This document shows, in pieces, positions 63,795 through 64,000 of a DNA stretch of 64,000 bases. The position numbers and the translations under genes are program-made. The notes beneath the pieces are model-generated. The model saw nothing but the letters and a program-made list of their open reading frames with translations. It was not told where the DNA came from and did no database searches. Positions within the stretch are counted from its first letter, which is position 1. Each line of letters opens with the position of its first letter. The stretch spans positions 67,527 to 131,526 of the forward strand of contig DASWRM010000030.1 in the NCBI GenBank assembly GCA_036403155.1. The letters run 5' to 3'. The stretch comes from Gaiellales bacterium. Lineage in GTDB: Bacteria > Actinomycetota > Thermoleophilia > Gaiellales > JAICJC01.

Positions 63795-64000
63795 ATGGAG
63801 CCGCACATCGACCCACGCGACTGGGATGCCCTCAAGCGGGCGGGCCACGAGCAGGACGCGGAGGCCGGCCAGGTGCTGGTGCGGGAGGGCGGCACCGGCG
63901 GATCGCTGTTCGTCGTGCTGAGCGGCACCGTCACGGTCACACGCGGCGGCCGCCGCATCGGCGAGCTGGGCGAGGGCTCGCTGCTCGGCGAGGCCGCCAT
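63795..64000 (+). CDS. Cyclic nucleotide-binding domain protein (Crp/Fnr-like), N-terminal fragment running off the window
   Basis: Hand translation gives MEPHIDPRDWDALKRAGHEQDAEAGQVLVREGGTGGSLFVVLSGTVTVTRGGRRIGELGEGSLLGEAA. This is the classical cNMP-binding beta-roll pattern (G.....F.vl.G.v.v......l..l..G...GE.a). A GGAGAA Shine-Dalgarno lies upstream. The ORF is open-ended, so it is absent from the ORF track. Confidence 0.6.
   Translation, partial: MEPHIDPRDWDALKRAGHEQDAEAGQVLVREGGTGGSLFVVLSGTVTVTRGGRRIGELGEGSLLGEAA

Overview
Very GC-rich, gene-dense chromosomal window. I call 56 CDS and found no rRNA, tRNA, CRISPR array, transposase or integrase by eye. Gene content and order look like the conserved Actinomycetota housekeeping backbone: tilS-hpt-ftsH ... 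folP-folB-folK ... coaX ... lysS-clpC ... radA-disA ... carD-(yacL)-ispD-ispF ... mutY. My guess of a deep-branching, Thermoleophilia/Rubrobacteria-like lineage is inference only.

The backbone is interrupted by several blocks:
(1) A 15.5 kb, seven-gene alpha-glucan/trehalose operon (glgE, treS-pep2 fusion, malQ, glgB, treZ, glgX, treY), in which every gene junction overlaps by 4-8 nt.
(2) A five-gene block of unclear function: a rubrerythrin-like/DUF4177 fusion, a radical SAM/SPASM enzyme divergent from an AlkB-like dioxygenase, a phosphodiester glycosidase, and a CPBP protease overlapping folP.
(3) An orphan NarL/LuxR response regulator plus a small membrane protein wedged between folB and folK.
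(4) An RpiR regulator, then a 470-nt spacer full of GTSAC palindromes, then an orphan glutamate-synthase large subunit.
(5) A visibly lower-GC islet (about 53.1-56.6 kb) encoding three secreted or anchored proteins, including a HAF-type repeat protein.
(6) A minus-strand four-gene oxidoreductase/enolase-superfamily operon divergent from a cNMP-binding regulator.

No recognisable defence system, prophage or classical biosynthetic cluster is visible. The best candidates for something undescribed are block (2) and the regulatory spacer in block (4). Many very long ORFs in the six-frame track are antisense or out-of-frame shadow ORFs typical of high-GC DNA and are rejected. All functional calls come from motif recognition by eye; no database search was run.
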